The notes under the pieces are model-generated. The model made no database searches. It saw only the letters and a program-made list of their open reading frames with translations, and was not told where the DNA came from. A DNA stretch of 62,562 nt, the filler included, from Globobulimina sp. (Eukaryota), in NCBI GenBank assembly GCA_003354225.1. It is 34 parts of 34 records of this genome, joined end to end, with 100 filler letters (N's around TTAATTAATTAA, not from the genome) between each part and the next. Parts side by side here need not be neighbours in the genome. Positions count along the whole stretch, not along the records: positions 47,926 to 49,668 come from PIVH01012467.1; positions 49,769 to 51,510 come from PIVH01012468.1; positions 51,611 to 53,352 come from PIVH01012469.1; positions 53,453 to 55,194 come from PIVH01012470.1; positions 55,295 to 57,036 come from PIVH01012471.1; positions 57,137 to 58,878 come from PIVH01012472.1; positions 58,979 to 60,720 come from PIVH01012473.1; 27 more parts are not named here. One strand, 5' to 3'. Every line of letters begins with the position of its first letter. Position 1 is the first letter of the stretch. Below are positions 47,949 through 60,820 of this stretch, one piece after another. The position numbers and the translations under genes were made by a program.

Positions 47949-49379
47949 TCACTTGGACATTTCTTTGTTATTTGAAACAATAACTGTCAATTTTTTTTGT
48001 GTAATTTGATAATTGACATAATAATTTCTTTTCATTTCATTTAATTCATTTTCGAAATATTCGAATTCCTCATAATCAGTACGTACATATTTATGCTCTT
48101 TTTCTAAACTCCAATTATCGATATTTGACACTTTCAATGCATTGCTTGCTCTGAATAGGTGCACTCCAAATTCCTTCTCATCATCACCAAAATCAGCTGT
48201 ATGACAATAAACTTCAATACGTAACCTTTTACATTTCCGTTTAATATTTCTGCCGTTTTTTATCAACAACGTTTCAAGTCTCTGTAAAATATAAAGCGGA
48301 TTACCATCAACTGGATGAAATGTCACATGTTCCAATGCTAATTGTTTACAGATTGTATTCTCAATAAACGCAGTTATTATAATATTATCGAATAGACAAT
48401 TAAGTGTAACACGTTTCAGCTGTGTCTCTGGCATTGTTTTTAAAAATTTTATATTATTTGGATAGCACAACTTCACTGATTGCAATTTTGGATATGTTGT
48501 ATTTGATGGCATTGTTGTTCCATAAACTGTTAATGATTCTATTCCATTACGTAATGCTTTAATAATATTACCTGAAAAGATTGAATTGTGGCGGTCAGAA
48601 ATCAGTAATTGTTTTACAAATGGAAACCATTTTTTTATTTCAGTTTTTTCGATTAAATTTGAATTATTATCGGGACTTAATTGGAGGCGGAAAAGTTTCA
48701 AAGTTTGAATTTGTGTAAATTGTAAGTTTGATGCTAAAGCTTGAATTAATTCTGGTGTAAAAAAATGAAGGATTAATGTTGTAATGGTATTGTAATTAAT
48801 TAAATGTTGGTTAATAAATGATAATGTTTCATTTTTATGGGTATTAACTAATTCCAATGTATGCAATGAATTATTATTAGACCATGTTCGCTTATTTGAT
48901 GCTGACAAAGAATTGAAAACCTTGACATCCATTGATAATTTCCCAATATTTTTAAATGCATCCAAATGAATAAAATCCGTCAATCCGTCAATTCGGACTA
49001 AATCTAATTTTTGTATTTTAGGAAATGCCAAACATGCAATATATGTTTTTCTGTTGCATTTAGCAAATCGAAAATATTCTTTATAATATAAATACGATCC
49101 ACATTCGCTAATTATTTCTGATGGCAATGCATCGATACAATCATACGGTAATATTTGTTGCTTTTCTTCTCTTTTTGTGATAATATCGGATTGAATGTCT
49201 GTAATTGTTGCTATTTGGCTGGGATTACTGTTTAAATGATTAAATAATAATTTTGTGATTAATTCCCTTCCAACAGATTTAGTAAATTGATAAAAAAATT
49301 CATCATCACTCAATTGCGTGTCTAAATGTCGAAAGCGAATCAAAGGAAGCAACGACATGTATAAATGTCTTTTTTCCAA
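47949..49379 (-). CDS. F-box-like/LRR-like protein
   Basis: IDALPSEIISECGSYL...FAKCNRK (F-box-like), followed by LxxLxL repeats. Confidence 0.6.
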   Translation of the reverse strand: MEKRHLYMSLLPLIRFRHLDTQLSDDEFFYQFTKSVGRELITKLLFNHLNSNPSQIATITDIQSDIITKREEKQQILPYDCIDALPSEIISECGSYLYYKEYFRFAKCNRKTYIACLAFPKIQKLDLVRIDGLTDFIHLDAFKNIGKLSMDVKVFNSLSASNKRTWSNNNSLHTLELVNTHKNETLSFINQHLINYNTITTLILHFFTPELIQALASNLQFTQIQTLKLFRLQLSPDNNSNLIEKTEIKKWFPFVKQLLISDRHNSIFSGNIIKALRNGIESLTVYGTTMPSNTTYPKLQSVKLCYPNNIKFLKTMPETQLKRVTLNCLFDNIIITAFIENTICKQLALEHVTFHPVDGNPLYILQRLETLLIKNGRNIKRKCKRLRIEVYCHTADFGDDEKEFGVHLFRASNALKVSNIDNWSLEKEHKYVRTDYEEFEYFENELNEMKRNYYVNYQITQKKLTVIVSNNKEMSK

Positions 49380-49768
49380 GAAAACAAAGATGTTGTTTCA
49401 TGTCCGAAGAATTAGATTATACACTATCAATGCAAGGTACTAAATGCATATTTATTCGTTTAGTCGTTTAATTAAACTTATTAATAATAATATAATAAAA
49501 AAAACAAAATAAGTATAAAAAATGCACAAGCATCAGAACAAAGTGCATGATGCAAAGTGTGTCGTCAGAATAAACACACCCACTGTGCTATATAAAAATT
49601 TACTACGTACAAAAAAAAGGCTGTCAATGTCATTGTATTGCAAGATATTAAAAGCTATTAACTTCCTTNNNNNNNNNNNNNNNNNNNNNNNNNNNNNNNN
49701 NNNNNNNNNNNNTTAATTAATTAANNNNNNNNNNNNNNNNNNNNNNNNNNNNNNNNNNNNNNNNNNNN

Positions 49769-50633
49769 CAACTCATTGGTTGAATTTAATTCGCCGTACG
49801 GATTTTGAACAGATTGTCCAGAATGTGTTACTGAGGCAGCAGCCGCAGATACTGTAACTGCACTCATTTTCTTTTTATGTAAATATCTCAACGTGAATAT
49901 AACAGTAATTATTACAAACACCACCGCCAACACCGCAATAATAACATAACCAATAATTTGCGATTGTGCAGTATTACTTTTATTAAATGATGCTTTCGAT
50001 AAACAGCCTTCCACAGCAATGCAACCAGCTGTTTCCCCACCGAAGCTACCCTCTGTCAATGCAGTGGTATTCATTAAATATTCCTCATTGCACTCTCCAG
50101 TGAGTGTTTGATAAATATATAATATCGCTGCAGTTTCTGTACATAAAAGTTTCACATAAATATCTTCCGTATAAAATAAACATTCATCTGTAATTAACCG
50201 CAATTCTGATAATGCATCACCTTCACATTCGTCGTCGACATAGGCATTGATTGAGACTTGATCACAAAATGAGGTCTTATATTCTTCCAAACATTGAAAT
50301 CCTGGCAATTCTGTTATTATATAACGAATATAAAAACGTATATTATTTATATAAGAATTAATATAAAATACCATCGGTATATGGTTGTATAAAAAATGGA
50401 GTTTCATCACAATTTTGATTTCCATATATTTCCATATTTACGCCATTCCAGGTTTCGTTGCAAGTCCATTTTATTGCAATATTCCAGGTTTTATATACCG
50501 TTTGCATGCAATAATCCATTGGCATTCCAACTCCTCCAATGTTGACGTAATTACATTCTACATCTTCGCCATTCATAAATGATAACATACGGCCAAGAAA
50601 TATCAACGTTACCTGCATTGATATCGACGACAT
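49769..50633 (-). CDS. Cys-rich single-pass membrane protein, intron about 50311-50372
   Basis: Two Cys-patterned exons (PMDYC...WTCN; CIAVEGC) and a TM segment IIGYVIIAVLAVVFVIITVIF. Confidence 0.6.
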
Positions 50634-50705
50634 GGTCTGATGAGTAGATCACTTGATTCACTTCAGAAATTAAACCAACGTCCATCCCAAAACTTCTTTT
50701 GAAGG

Positions 50706-51510
50706 ATGGCGGATTCATTAACAAAAAAAGACCAATGCACAATGGTTTGTTGGCCTTGTGCTTATTTTAGAGCTGCTTCAATGTGGTCTACAGATTGTTG
50801 TTTACGTAAATACGAGCCATCATTGACAATACCACCTTTAGTCGAAATGGGCGGAACCTGGCTCTCACAAAATCCTATAAACAAAAAATTTATAATTTTT
50901 AGAATAATTGCACTCATTCTCGTATTTTATATCACATTGCTTTGTTTCATTGAGTACGCTCGCCACGGTCTTACAAATACAGCATTTTTCTTCATATATT
51001 GGACTCAGTGGATCAATCTGATTGGTGTAATATTAATGGCATTGAAAGTTATTTCATCAATAAAAGTATATCAATATATGACTAAGAATAAGAATAATAA
51101 CATTTTATATGAAACAACCGTTGAAAATGCCGATACGCAAAGTGCAATGTGGATATTATCAGTATGCCAAAAAGTATTATTATTTATGACGTTGCCCAGT
51201 TTATGCCAGCTTTCATTCAGTTACTGGGCCTTTGCGTTTGATGGCCATTTTACAGCTTTTATATGGCGTATAATTACTCCTCAAATGCATGGTGTTTCCA
51301 CTATTATTCATTTAATTGATTTTTTTATATCTGCAGAAAGATTATATTATAAGGCTTTATTATGTCCAATATATCTCGGCACGGTATATACTATTTGGAC
51401 TATAATATTTGAAATGTTTATTGGCGTAAATGAACAGGGCGACCCATATATATATTCAACATACGATTGGTCCGAATCACTGATGCCAATCGCATGGTAT
51501 TTTGCATCTG
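50706..51510 (+). CDS. Rolling-stone/FAR-17a-AIG1-like multi-pass membrane protein, 3'-partial
   Basis: FFIYWTQW, SYWAF, QMHGV and PYIYSTYDWS motifs. Confidence 0.65.
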
Positions 51511-51610
51511 NNNNNNNNNNNNNNNNNNNNNNNNNNNNNNNNNNNNNNNNNNNNTTAATTAATTAANNNNNNNNNNNNNNNNNNNNNNNNNNNNNNNNNN
51601 NNNNNNNNNN

Positions 51611-52932
51611 AAATGTTCAATGTCTGCTTTTTCCAAAAACGGAAACCATAAAATCCATAAATTCTCGTTAATATTCATTCCATTTATTTGAGTTTTATCC
51701 ACAAACCATTTTAATATCTCACATTGCATATTATTAATGATCGAACAATTTAATATTATTTGAAAATATTGATCAACAAATACCTGACGTTGCAAATTGC
51801 TTTCTTTTATTTTTGAAATAATGTCTTCATTTTCATTGTTATTACTTGTAAACAGTAAAATATTATTAAATATTTCCATCATTTTATGCATTGTCGCTAT
51901 TTGAAATCTAAGTGCATTATCTTCATTATAGTCACATATTTGTTTATGTGTATCGTTCCAAATAATTCTAAATGGAATCAACAATTTATATGAAAAGAGT
52001 ATTTTTGTTGTTATTTGTTGTAACTGTTTAATATTAAATGTATTTACATTTTCAACATATATATTATTATAATACATTGCTTCTTGATAAACAATATCAA
52101 AAAACTCACATAATTTATCAAATGTTAATACATTTATATTATCCAACGTGGCCGATATAAATGGTGGTATTTCTTGAATGATTGGTACATTCCATTTGGT
52201 TGCAACATGACGTGAATCATTAAATATTATTTGCGTAAACTTTAATAAATCATTTATTATTTCCATTTTATTTTCTTCCCCAACAAATTGTATTTGTTTG
52301 CTCAATAAAAAGTATTTTTGATTAATTTTAGTGGACAAATCAGATAACTGTTTGTGGAATGTTACGGTTATAATTTGCTGTCGTACTTTTTCTGCAATTT
52401 CTTGCATTTTACAAATAACATTTTTATATAATAACACTGCCAATGATCGGAATGAATTGGATTTTAAAATGAGGATTGAAACATTTTCAACTGATATATC
52501 ATTGAATAAATAATGAATAAAACTTATGATTTGAGCTAATTTACTTTGATCAGTGGAGGATATGGAATTGTTTGTATTTGAGGTTAAGAATATTTGTAAT
52601 AATTGATCAAGAATCTTATGTATTTGCGCAGATATTTTTGATATAAATTTTTCATTGGAATCTGTGTCATTTTGTTTATTGTATGAATAAATGATACATT
52701 TTGCAAATTCGCACCCTAATTCTTGTGTAATTGAAGCAGAACATTGACTATGAGGTAATAACAATAATTTTATTGCATAATCTGTTAACTGATGCAAATA
52801 TACGCCACCAAGATTTTCTCTAATTATTTGTCCCAATGCCATTGCTAATTCATCGTTTGTCACTGATTTCGCATCATTTGTTTTGTTTTCCTCAGAACAA
52901 TAATCTGTAACCACTTGAAGGTATTGTTGCAT
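51611..52932 (-). CDS. Hypothetical helical protein, 3'-partial
   Basis: About 440-codon uninterrupted ORF in AT-rich DNA; no motif recognised. Confidence 0.6.
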
Positions 52933-53454
52933 GATTTTAAGTCAGTTCGATGTGAAGAAAAAACTTATCTTGCATCCCACGCAAAAACTTGTCATATATG
53001 GCAACTTCCATAAACCTCGTACATGAATCGTGATTTTTTATTTTGTGAGAAAGAATTTCGTTGCAAAATACGGCTCTCTATACCTGGGATATGGAACAAC
53101 CTATTTTGTGTTTTTAACTTATTATTTATGATAACAATACAACTGTTTTTTGCACAATATTAATTTTGTAATGCATTAATGATAAGAGTTGGCGTAATCT
53201 GTTCGTAATTACGGATATTCAATTAAGAAAAACGTAGCATTTCGAAAAGCATCATGATTTGATCAAAGTATATTTGCAGTGGGTTGCAAAGTGAATATCG
53301 ATCAATATAAAATTGTTAATATGAAGGTAAAATAAATAGGTTAATTTAGTTTNNNNNNNNNNNNNNNNNNNNNNNNNNNNNNNNNNNNNNNNNNNNTTAA
53401 TTAATTAANNNNNNNNNNNNNNNNNNNNNNNNNNNNNNNNNNNNNNNNNNNNAA

Positions 53455-55194
53455 ATTTTAATTGAATCTCTCTCTTTTTGCATCATCCCGGATGTCAGAA
53501 ACGAGATCGTGAGATATTATATACAATGCATTATTTAATATCATGTCAATTATATAGCATTACACTCAAATCCTACTGTTTGGAATAATATATTGTGGGA
53601 TATTGTAAAATGTCGTTTTCAAAGAGCTGTTCGTAATTTTAAATACAAAAAATGTAAATTACATCAACAGCCATTCAATACTTTCTTTGTTAATGCTATT
53701 AAGCAAATTCCTATTGGTAATAATTTATAATTGCATATCTTGATAAATCAAACATTAATTTGTCTCAAACATGGATGGAAATTGGGTATAACCAATAATC
53801 ATAATATTCCCATGAACGACAAAGTAAAACGCATGAAAGATTGGAACATTTTAGAATTGATTGAGATTGGCACAAATCTATCTGAACAAATGGAATTAGG
53901 TAAAATCGGTCCAAAACATGCATTGTTACACAGAAATCAACCTATTCGTAATTTCATTCAATTAGTGGCTGTGGATAAGAAAACTGGCGGTCCTCTTACA
54001 ATGTGGACACGTCGTAATAGTAAAGCAAGAATATGTAGACACGCTACATTTTCATCACTATGGACTTACAGCATCAATGAACTTACAGCTCCCATTGATT
54101 ACAAGATGCAGGTACCGCTTTGTAAGGATTTCTGTCATAAAGTTATCATTATGGGCAGATATTGTTTGATGTTTAAAACCGATGGAGCTGACGCCTTCAG
54201 ACAGTTAGGTATGAAACAAAGTGAATGGCAGTATATGGGCTACAAATTTATGGGCATCGAATTGGTGGACACGTGCGATATCTATGGAAGTAAAGGAGCT
54301 TCGAAGCATTCCCAAGATTTTGGAAATGTATTGATTTTAGCATTTAAATACTGGATCAAACCCTTATTATTATACAGTGAGCGAATTGAGAATTTAGTTT
54401 ATATCGATGATCATATTGGATTTATTAAATCGTTTCCTTTCTCTGGTCGCAAACGAGAGACTTTTTTAATGGAGAAATTCTTTGAATTTCTAGAATTATG
54501 TGGTTACATTGAGAAGAAAGCGAAACGCAAACTACTTTCGTGGATGATGGAAGTTTGCGGATTAATCTATGATTCGTCAGACATGACAGTTGGCCCTGGC
54601 CCGGATAAGAAGAAAAAGTGCTTATTAATTTTAATTATTATTGTTTGCTGCAGAATGTTAATGAGTGATAAATATGAATCATTAATGGGGACATTGACTT
54701 GGATGGCAGCGCTTATGTGGCCTGGTACGGCCTTTTTGCGTCGTATGAGGATGAAATTGACCGCTCACAAACGCATATATGGCGACGATATTACATTAAT
54801 GTATTTTGAAGAACATGAAATCAAAGACGCCAATTTGTGGATTAAATATATGTATATCTGTGACAGAGTCAATGTTTATGATGTTGTTGGCTTTGGAAAT
54901 CGTCCAAAAGTAAACATTTATACTGATGGTGCCACAAATGGTGAGAAACCTGACTGGCAGCCGGGTATTGGCGCATATTTTGAAGGTCATTGGTCCTTTG
55001 ATACGGTGCCAGTACAATTTATGACAATTTATACAAAGTATTTAGATAAAGATAGATCTATTGTATATACTCAGGAGCAGCATATAGCTCACTTTGAAGC
55101 GTTGGCCATAGTCGCAGCACTATGGACGTATAAAAATTATTTTAAAGAGAACATTGATATCAATCTACGATGTGATAATCAACATTGTGAATCA
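53455..55194 (+). mobile_element. DIRS/Ngaro-type (tyrosine-recombinase) retrotransposon RT-RNase H ORF, partial
   Basis: RT motifs KTDGADAFRQL and VYIDDHIG; SLMGTLTW...FLRR; DIRS-type RNase H motifs IYTDGA, HIAHFEALAI and LRCDN. Confidence 0.8.
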
Positions 55195-55294
55195 NNNNNN
55201 NNNNNNNNNNNNNNNNNNNNNNNNNNNNNNNNNNNNNNTTAATTAATTAANNNNNNNNNNNNNNNNNNNNNNNNNNNNNNNNNNNNNNNNNNNN

Positions 55295-56965
55295 TTTCTC
55301 AGTAGATCCTGCTGTATATTGGCGCGGCATTGACAATGTAAATGAAGTTAATGATTTTGGGATATTATACAATAATTTTAAAACTGGCTCAAAATAACCA
55401 TGTTGAATATCAAAGTTCTTTAAATCAAAACATATCTCATGTTTTAAATTTGTTAACGCTTTCAAAATATTAATACTATTCTTATATGACGTACGTTTAA
55501 ACGCCAATGATTGCAAGAAAAACATTGATCCACTATGCATGTAATTACTGCTTTTCTTTTGTAACAAAATTCTAAATATTGCTCCCCATTTAAGTGGGAG
55601 ACTATTTGCATAGCAATCAAATGTAAACTTTTTAATACCATTAAAACATAAAAATAATTTCGCTAACATCTGTTGAGAGAATGTTACGCCATCTTTCACC
55701 AAAAGATTGTCATTTACTTCATTTCTCGCCAATGTCACATTCAATTCTTGTACAGATAAACAAAGGTGAACTCCATCACAAAAACTTGTTTTTGTAATAA
55801 AAGTAGTAACTGAGAATGTTTTTAAATGTTTCATTTTTGCTGCAATCAAAGGAATTAAATTATGTCGATTCTCCAAAACATTCCAACGCGGACAATTTAA
55901 AGTCAATGATTGTAATTCATGATAATTACTAATAACATGAACTATGATAGATTTACTTAATATGGATATTGGCAGTGTGGCAGTCGTAGCAGGCGCACAA
56001 AAGCCAGGCAAAGCAATTCCTCGTCCAAATTGAAAATGTTTTATTTGCGGGAAGTGAGTAATTATTTTTTCTTGAATTTGCATTACCATTTGCTCCACAC
56101 TCACATTTTGAGATATCGACGGTTGAAAAATATCTCGATCCCATATCAGATTTGTGATTGGCAAACAAGGAAATTCATTCATTACATACAATAACAAATT
56201 AAATGGAGCTGCTTTCCTCACGACATAGTTACTGATATAATACCTATATGATGGCGTGATTTGTAATGTATGTAAATTTGATATACTTTGAGAAATTACT
56301 GTTTTTAACACATATTTAAATAATTTCGAATGTACATTTTTAGTATTTGACAACCATTCATCGCTATCATGATATAAATAATCTATATTAATATGTTTAT
56401 AATTTGAAAGAGAATTTAAATTAATTTTATTTTTTACTACACTTACAAATAATTTTCTGTCCAATAATAAATAATAATGTGTCAATGCGGGGTATTTTTT
56501 GTTTAAATACGTGAAATATATGCAGGTATGCTGGATTTTACATAATTCGCTGTATGATAAATATTGAAACGAATATGCTAAAACTTGCGGATGAATGGAT
56601 AATAACGTTTTATTTGGATTGTTTGCGTGATTTTGTTGCATTTTTTTAACAACTTTTTTATTATATTTTTTGCCGTATTTGCGATTTAATTTGGATAAAA
56701 TTTGTTTATCGATTGTATTGAGTGTCGAATGCTGATTATTCGCATTTAACATTCGATTTGCAGTGGTTTGTGTGTATGAAACTGTTTTATCATGTTTACG
56801 TTTTGATAATTTTGATTTTAGATATGTTTCAATTAAATGTTTTAAAGTAAGTAGCCCGCTCAGAACTGTCACAAATTTCATAACCAGTATAGAACTGAAG
56901 ATAGAACCTAAATTCAAACCAAACTTGGAACAAAACATAGAACAATGTTTCAAAACTGGAACCAA
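55295..56965 (-). CDS. F-box-like/LRR-like protein, 3'-partial
   Basis: LLSIHPQVLAYSFQYLSYSELCKIQHTC (F-box-like), then LxxLxL repeats. Confidence 0.6.
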
Positions 56966-57739
56966 ATGTAGAACTTGCTGATTAATTAAAAGCTTTTTGT
57001 GACTTGAAGTTTTAACTTAATCTCCGCATCTTATTTNNNNNNNNNNNNNNNNNNNNNNNNNNNNNNNNNNNNNNNNNNNNTTAATTAATTAANNNNNNNN
57101 NNNNNNNNNNNNNNNNNNNNNNNNNNNNNNNNNNNNATATATATATATATCCACCTATTCCACATGCAATAGTTTGGCAGTGTGGTATTCTTTCGACAAA
57201 CCATGATAACCAATATATCCTCCTGTATACATGAATATTATTTGCGTTGCAAACTGTAGATAACCAATAGACAAATAATATATATATACAGCTAACCAAC
57301 AAATCCTAATCCTATGCCAGATCCAAAACCAATCAAATTTGCAGTTCTCCAATCAGGCCCTTCATTTAATTGAATGGAACACACGTTTCTTCTCCCAAAC
57401 GATATAATTTTGCTTTGTGCAAATATGGGAAAATCATATTCTTTTCTCCTCTTTAAAAATACATTTTGATCGTTAATCCAGATATTATAACCCATAACAT
57501 TCCCCTTTTCAATCAACTTTGACTGGAACGGAATTGTTTCCATTGTTACTGTCTGTAAGCTTAAGAAATATTTTCTGATGAAACTATTAAAACAAAACCT
57601 TTGCTGACAATGATGCTCAACTCCTGCTTGTTATTATTAATAATAACTAATTTTATCGGTATATTAAATTTGTTATACTCACCACACAACACTAACATGT
57701 ACCTTACAAATCACAGCCACATCCGCTAGATCTACAACA

Positions 57740-58603
57740 TTGGACCAAGCCACAACAATCGTCGTCATGGACGAACAAACTAATTTAGATAAAACAGATA
57801 ACACGCACCTATTTACTATCAGACTCTCTATACAAGCAATCATAATATTCGCAGGCTGTGTAACATTATGCATAGTTTGCACCATTGGATGTTGTTGTGC
57901 ATGGAGGCTGTATCATAGATACAACCAAGAAACCACAAAAGAACCAATGGATTCTGTTCTCAAGCAACCTCACATCATTTATGGATCATCCCCTTCGGCA
58001 GCGGAAAGTAATGCAAATCTTGAAATTAATATTCCAAAACATAGACCACAGGCACATACAATAGATTTTCCCAATTGGTCACATAACGCACATAATAATT
58101 CATATGATAATAGATTATCACTGCCACAACAGAGACCTATGCCCTCTGTGCACGGCCATGTTGGTATTACGTCATCCGTATTAAAGGATGGATTATCGCA
58201 TCTTGGATTATCTCTAAATAATTTATCGTCGGCACCCAGCTTAGCTCCGCCTATTTTGCATAATAATCTGCGTGGTTTGAGCGGTTCCACTGCCTCTTCT
58301 GTCTCCGTGTCCGCCTCTGACTTAGCAGTGCTTGGAGCGAATACCCATCATTTCGATATGGGGAGAAAGAGAGTGTGTACTTTAAATGATATCGCGATTA
58401 ACAGTGAATTGCCCAAATCACCGCGAACTAATGCACAGTCAGTGGCTGTGGTGATGGCTGAGATTCGAATTAATGAGGAAGGGAATTCGAGTGACAGTGC
58501 CAGTGAGATATATATTAAACAGCCACAAACACCGCAAACACCGCAAAGGCCATTGCAAACTCTACAAACTGTTTCTAAACCGATGGAGAAATATATTGAC
58601 TGA
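57740..58603 (+). CDS. Single-pass membrane protein with Ser-rich cytoplasmic tail
   Basis: TM segment followed by a CCC cluster and a low-complexity tail; true start probably upstream near 57610. Confidence 0.55.
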   Translation: MDQATTIVVMDEQTNLDKTDNTHLFTIRLSIQAIIIFAGCVTLCIVCTIGCCCAWRLYHRYNQETTKEPMDSVLKQPHIIYGSSPSAAESNANLEINIPKHRPQAHTIDFPNWSHNAHNNSYDNRLSLPQQRPMPSVHGHVGITSSVLKDGLSHLGLSLNNLSSAPSLAPPILHNNLRGLSGSTASSVSVSASDLAVLGANTHHFDMGRKRVCTLNDIAINSELPKSPRTNAQSVAVVMAEIRINEEGNSSDSASEIYIKQPQTPQTPQRPLQTLQTVSKPMEKYID

Positions 58604-58978
58604 AACTGAAAGATTTTTTGAAAATTTATTTCGTTTTTTTTATGTCTTCTTTTCAATGAATTTCATTTATATTTTATTTCTTTCGACTTGCTACATATAT
58701 ATTTATTATTATATTATTATTTAAAATTGTGTTTGATGCATAGTTTTTTTTAGCTTATTTTATCCCGTCTTTCTTAATTTTATTGTTTTATATGCATATA
58801 TCGATCTAAATTGAGGCTCTTTAAAACAAAAATAAAAAAAAAAAGAAAAAAAAGTATGAATATGCACAGGATAGTTAGNNNNNNNNNNNNNNNNNNNNNN
58901 NNNNNNNNNNNNNNNNNNNNNNTTAATTAATTAANNNNNNNNNNNNNNNNNNNNNNNNNNNNNNNNNNNNNNNNNNNN

Positions 58979-59715
58979 AATTCGTCATTCTGTTTCCGTT
59001 GTTTTTTGAGTTTGGTATTTATGCGTTTATTCTCTTCGATTAATGCATGTAATTTGTCATTATATTTTCGCTCGTTTTCTATGCTTTGATATCGAAATCT
59101 GTTCACAGAGATTTGTGGTGTGGGCAACGAGCCGTTGATGCATATCCAATCTTTGTTTGTTGGCATGCTTTCATCATTTAATTGCGGTGCAGCATAATAT
59201 ATTTGTTTACCGTCGATATCTGACAATATCCAGCAACGTTTGACGGAGAGGTCCCATTCGAAAACAATGTTTTTTGATTGCAATGCATCGTATACCTTAA
59301 GTGCGGAAAAATTGTTTTCTAAACAGAAATGTTTGTCTTTTTCCTCGGTAAAAAAGCACCATTTTGAGTCATGTGAAAACCATATAAATTCACCATTAAT
59401 CGCATGGTATCCACATGATGATATTGTTAACATTTGCTCCGAAATTAGAATATCTTCCTTTTCCTCTGTTGCTGATGCTTCTTTTTCCTCTTTTTCGTCA
59501 TAAATGATTGCTTGTGATGGTGGTGGTGGTGGTGGTTGTGAATGGACGGGAGATGGAGGTGTTGTTTTGATAGCTGTTGATTTAGTAATTCGTTTTTGTA
59601 TAAAATAGTTGATACAGTATGCTAATAACACTAATAATAACATGCGTTTTAGCTTAGTGTTTGCTAATGGCCCAATCAAATCAAACAATGCTTTTATTTT
59701 GGATGAGGACGCCAT
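58979..59715 (-). CDS. Hypothetical membrane-anchored protein with coiled coil, 3'-partial
   Basis: N-terminal TM, poly-Pro tract, W-rich small domain and coiled coil. Confidence 0.55.
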
Positions 59716-59773
59716 GTACTCTTGTTATGCAAAAAGGTTTTTTAAGCTGTTTTTAATTTTAACTTGTTGATGG

Positions 59774-60720
59774 ATGAAACCAATAAAATATCTCCTGAGA
59801 ACAACAAGAATATTTTCAACCACAAAGACCAAAATAAATGAATTGACACAAATCAAAGATTTATATGAAAGGTATTTATCAAAAAATGTGGCAAAACTCA
59901 ATAAAAATGATAAAAAAAGGATAATCGACAACGCCTTTAAAATTTACATAAATATTGACAAGAACTTTAAAACTGAACATTATGAATTCACCATTCAATT
60001 GCTACGAATGTGTCTTTATTACAAACAGGAACATAAAGCATTGCTATTAACCATTTGGAATAATATCAAAACATTAACTTTACAGCAAACTGACTCACAA
60101 TCCTTATATCAACTATTTATTAAATGTTGTATTCATGCAAATAATATCAACATCACTCAATGCATAACCTTCCTGAAATGGATTAAATTGCACTGTTCTG
60201 AAATAACTTTACATTGCGGCCAAATCACGAAATTAATTCAAAAATGTGACAATGTCGAAGCATTGTTATTTATTCATACATTATTGGCAGAAGAATTTAT
60301 TCAAAACAGTGATAACAAAAACCAGCTGCAAAACAATAATATTATCATTCAAACAGCGCTGATAAATGGCTATGGAAAACATGGCGATGTTTGTAATGCA
60401 TTGCATGTCTTTCATTGCATTGATAACTGCAATAAAAATATGGTTTGTTATCGTGTGATGATTAGTGTACTGATTGGAATCGGAGATACTGAATGTTGCA
60501 AAAAAGCATTTGAAATATACGACAATATGACATTAAAAGATATATCCTCTCACACATTGGCACTAAAAGCATGTACATTGTATAATGACTTGGAACGAGG
60601 AGAACATATTATTAATTCCAACAAATTGCTGACGATATATGCTGAAAACGAGAAAGATAACATTCGGTTAAAAACAACTTTGATTGCTTTTTATGGACAT
60701 TTTAAGCAAATAACTTCAGC
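59774..60720 (+). CDS. Pentatricopeptide-repeat (PPR) protein, probably mitochondrial, 3'-partial
   Basis: Presequence-like MKPIKYLLRTTRIFSTTK; motifs TALINGYGKHGDVCNALHVFHCI...NMVCYRVMI, ALKAC...LERGEHI and TTLIAFYGHF. Confidence 0.75.
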
Positions 60721-60820
60721 NNNNNNNNNNNNNNNNNNNNNNNNNNNNNNNNNNNNNNNNNNNNTTAATTAATTAANNNNNNNNNNNNNNNNNNNNNNNN
60801 NNNNNNNNNNNNNNNNNNNN

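Noticed and set aside
53455-53730. TAA reassigned to Gln (two in-frame TAA in the DIRS frame)
   Set aside because: The following roughly 490 codons contain no TAA or TAG, and H2A ends at TAA. Nonsense decay is the simpler explanation.
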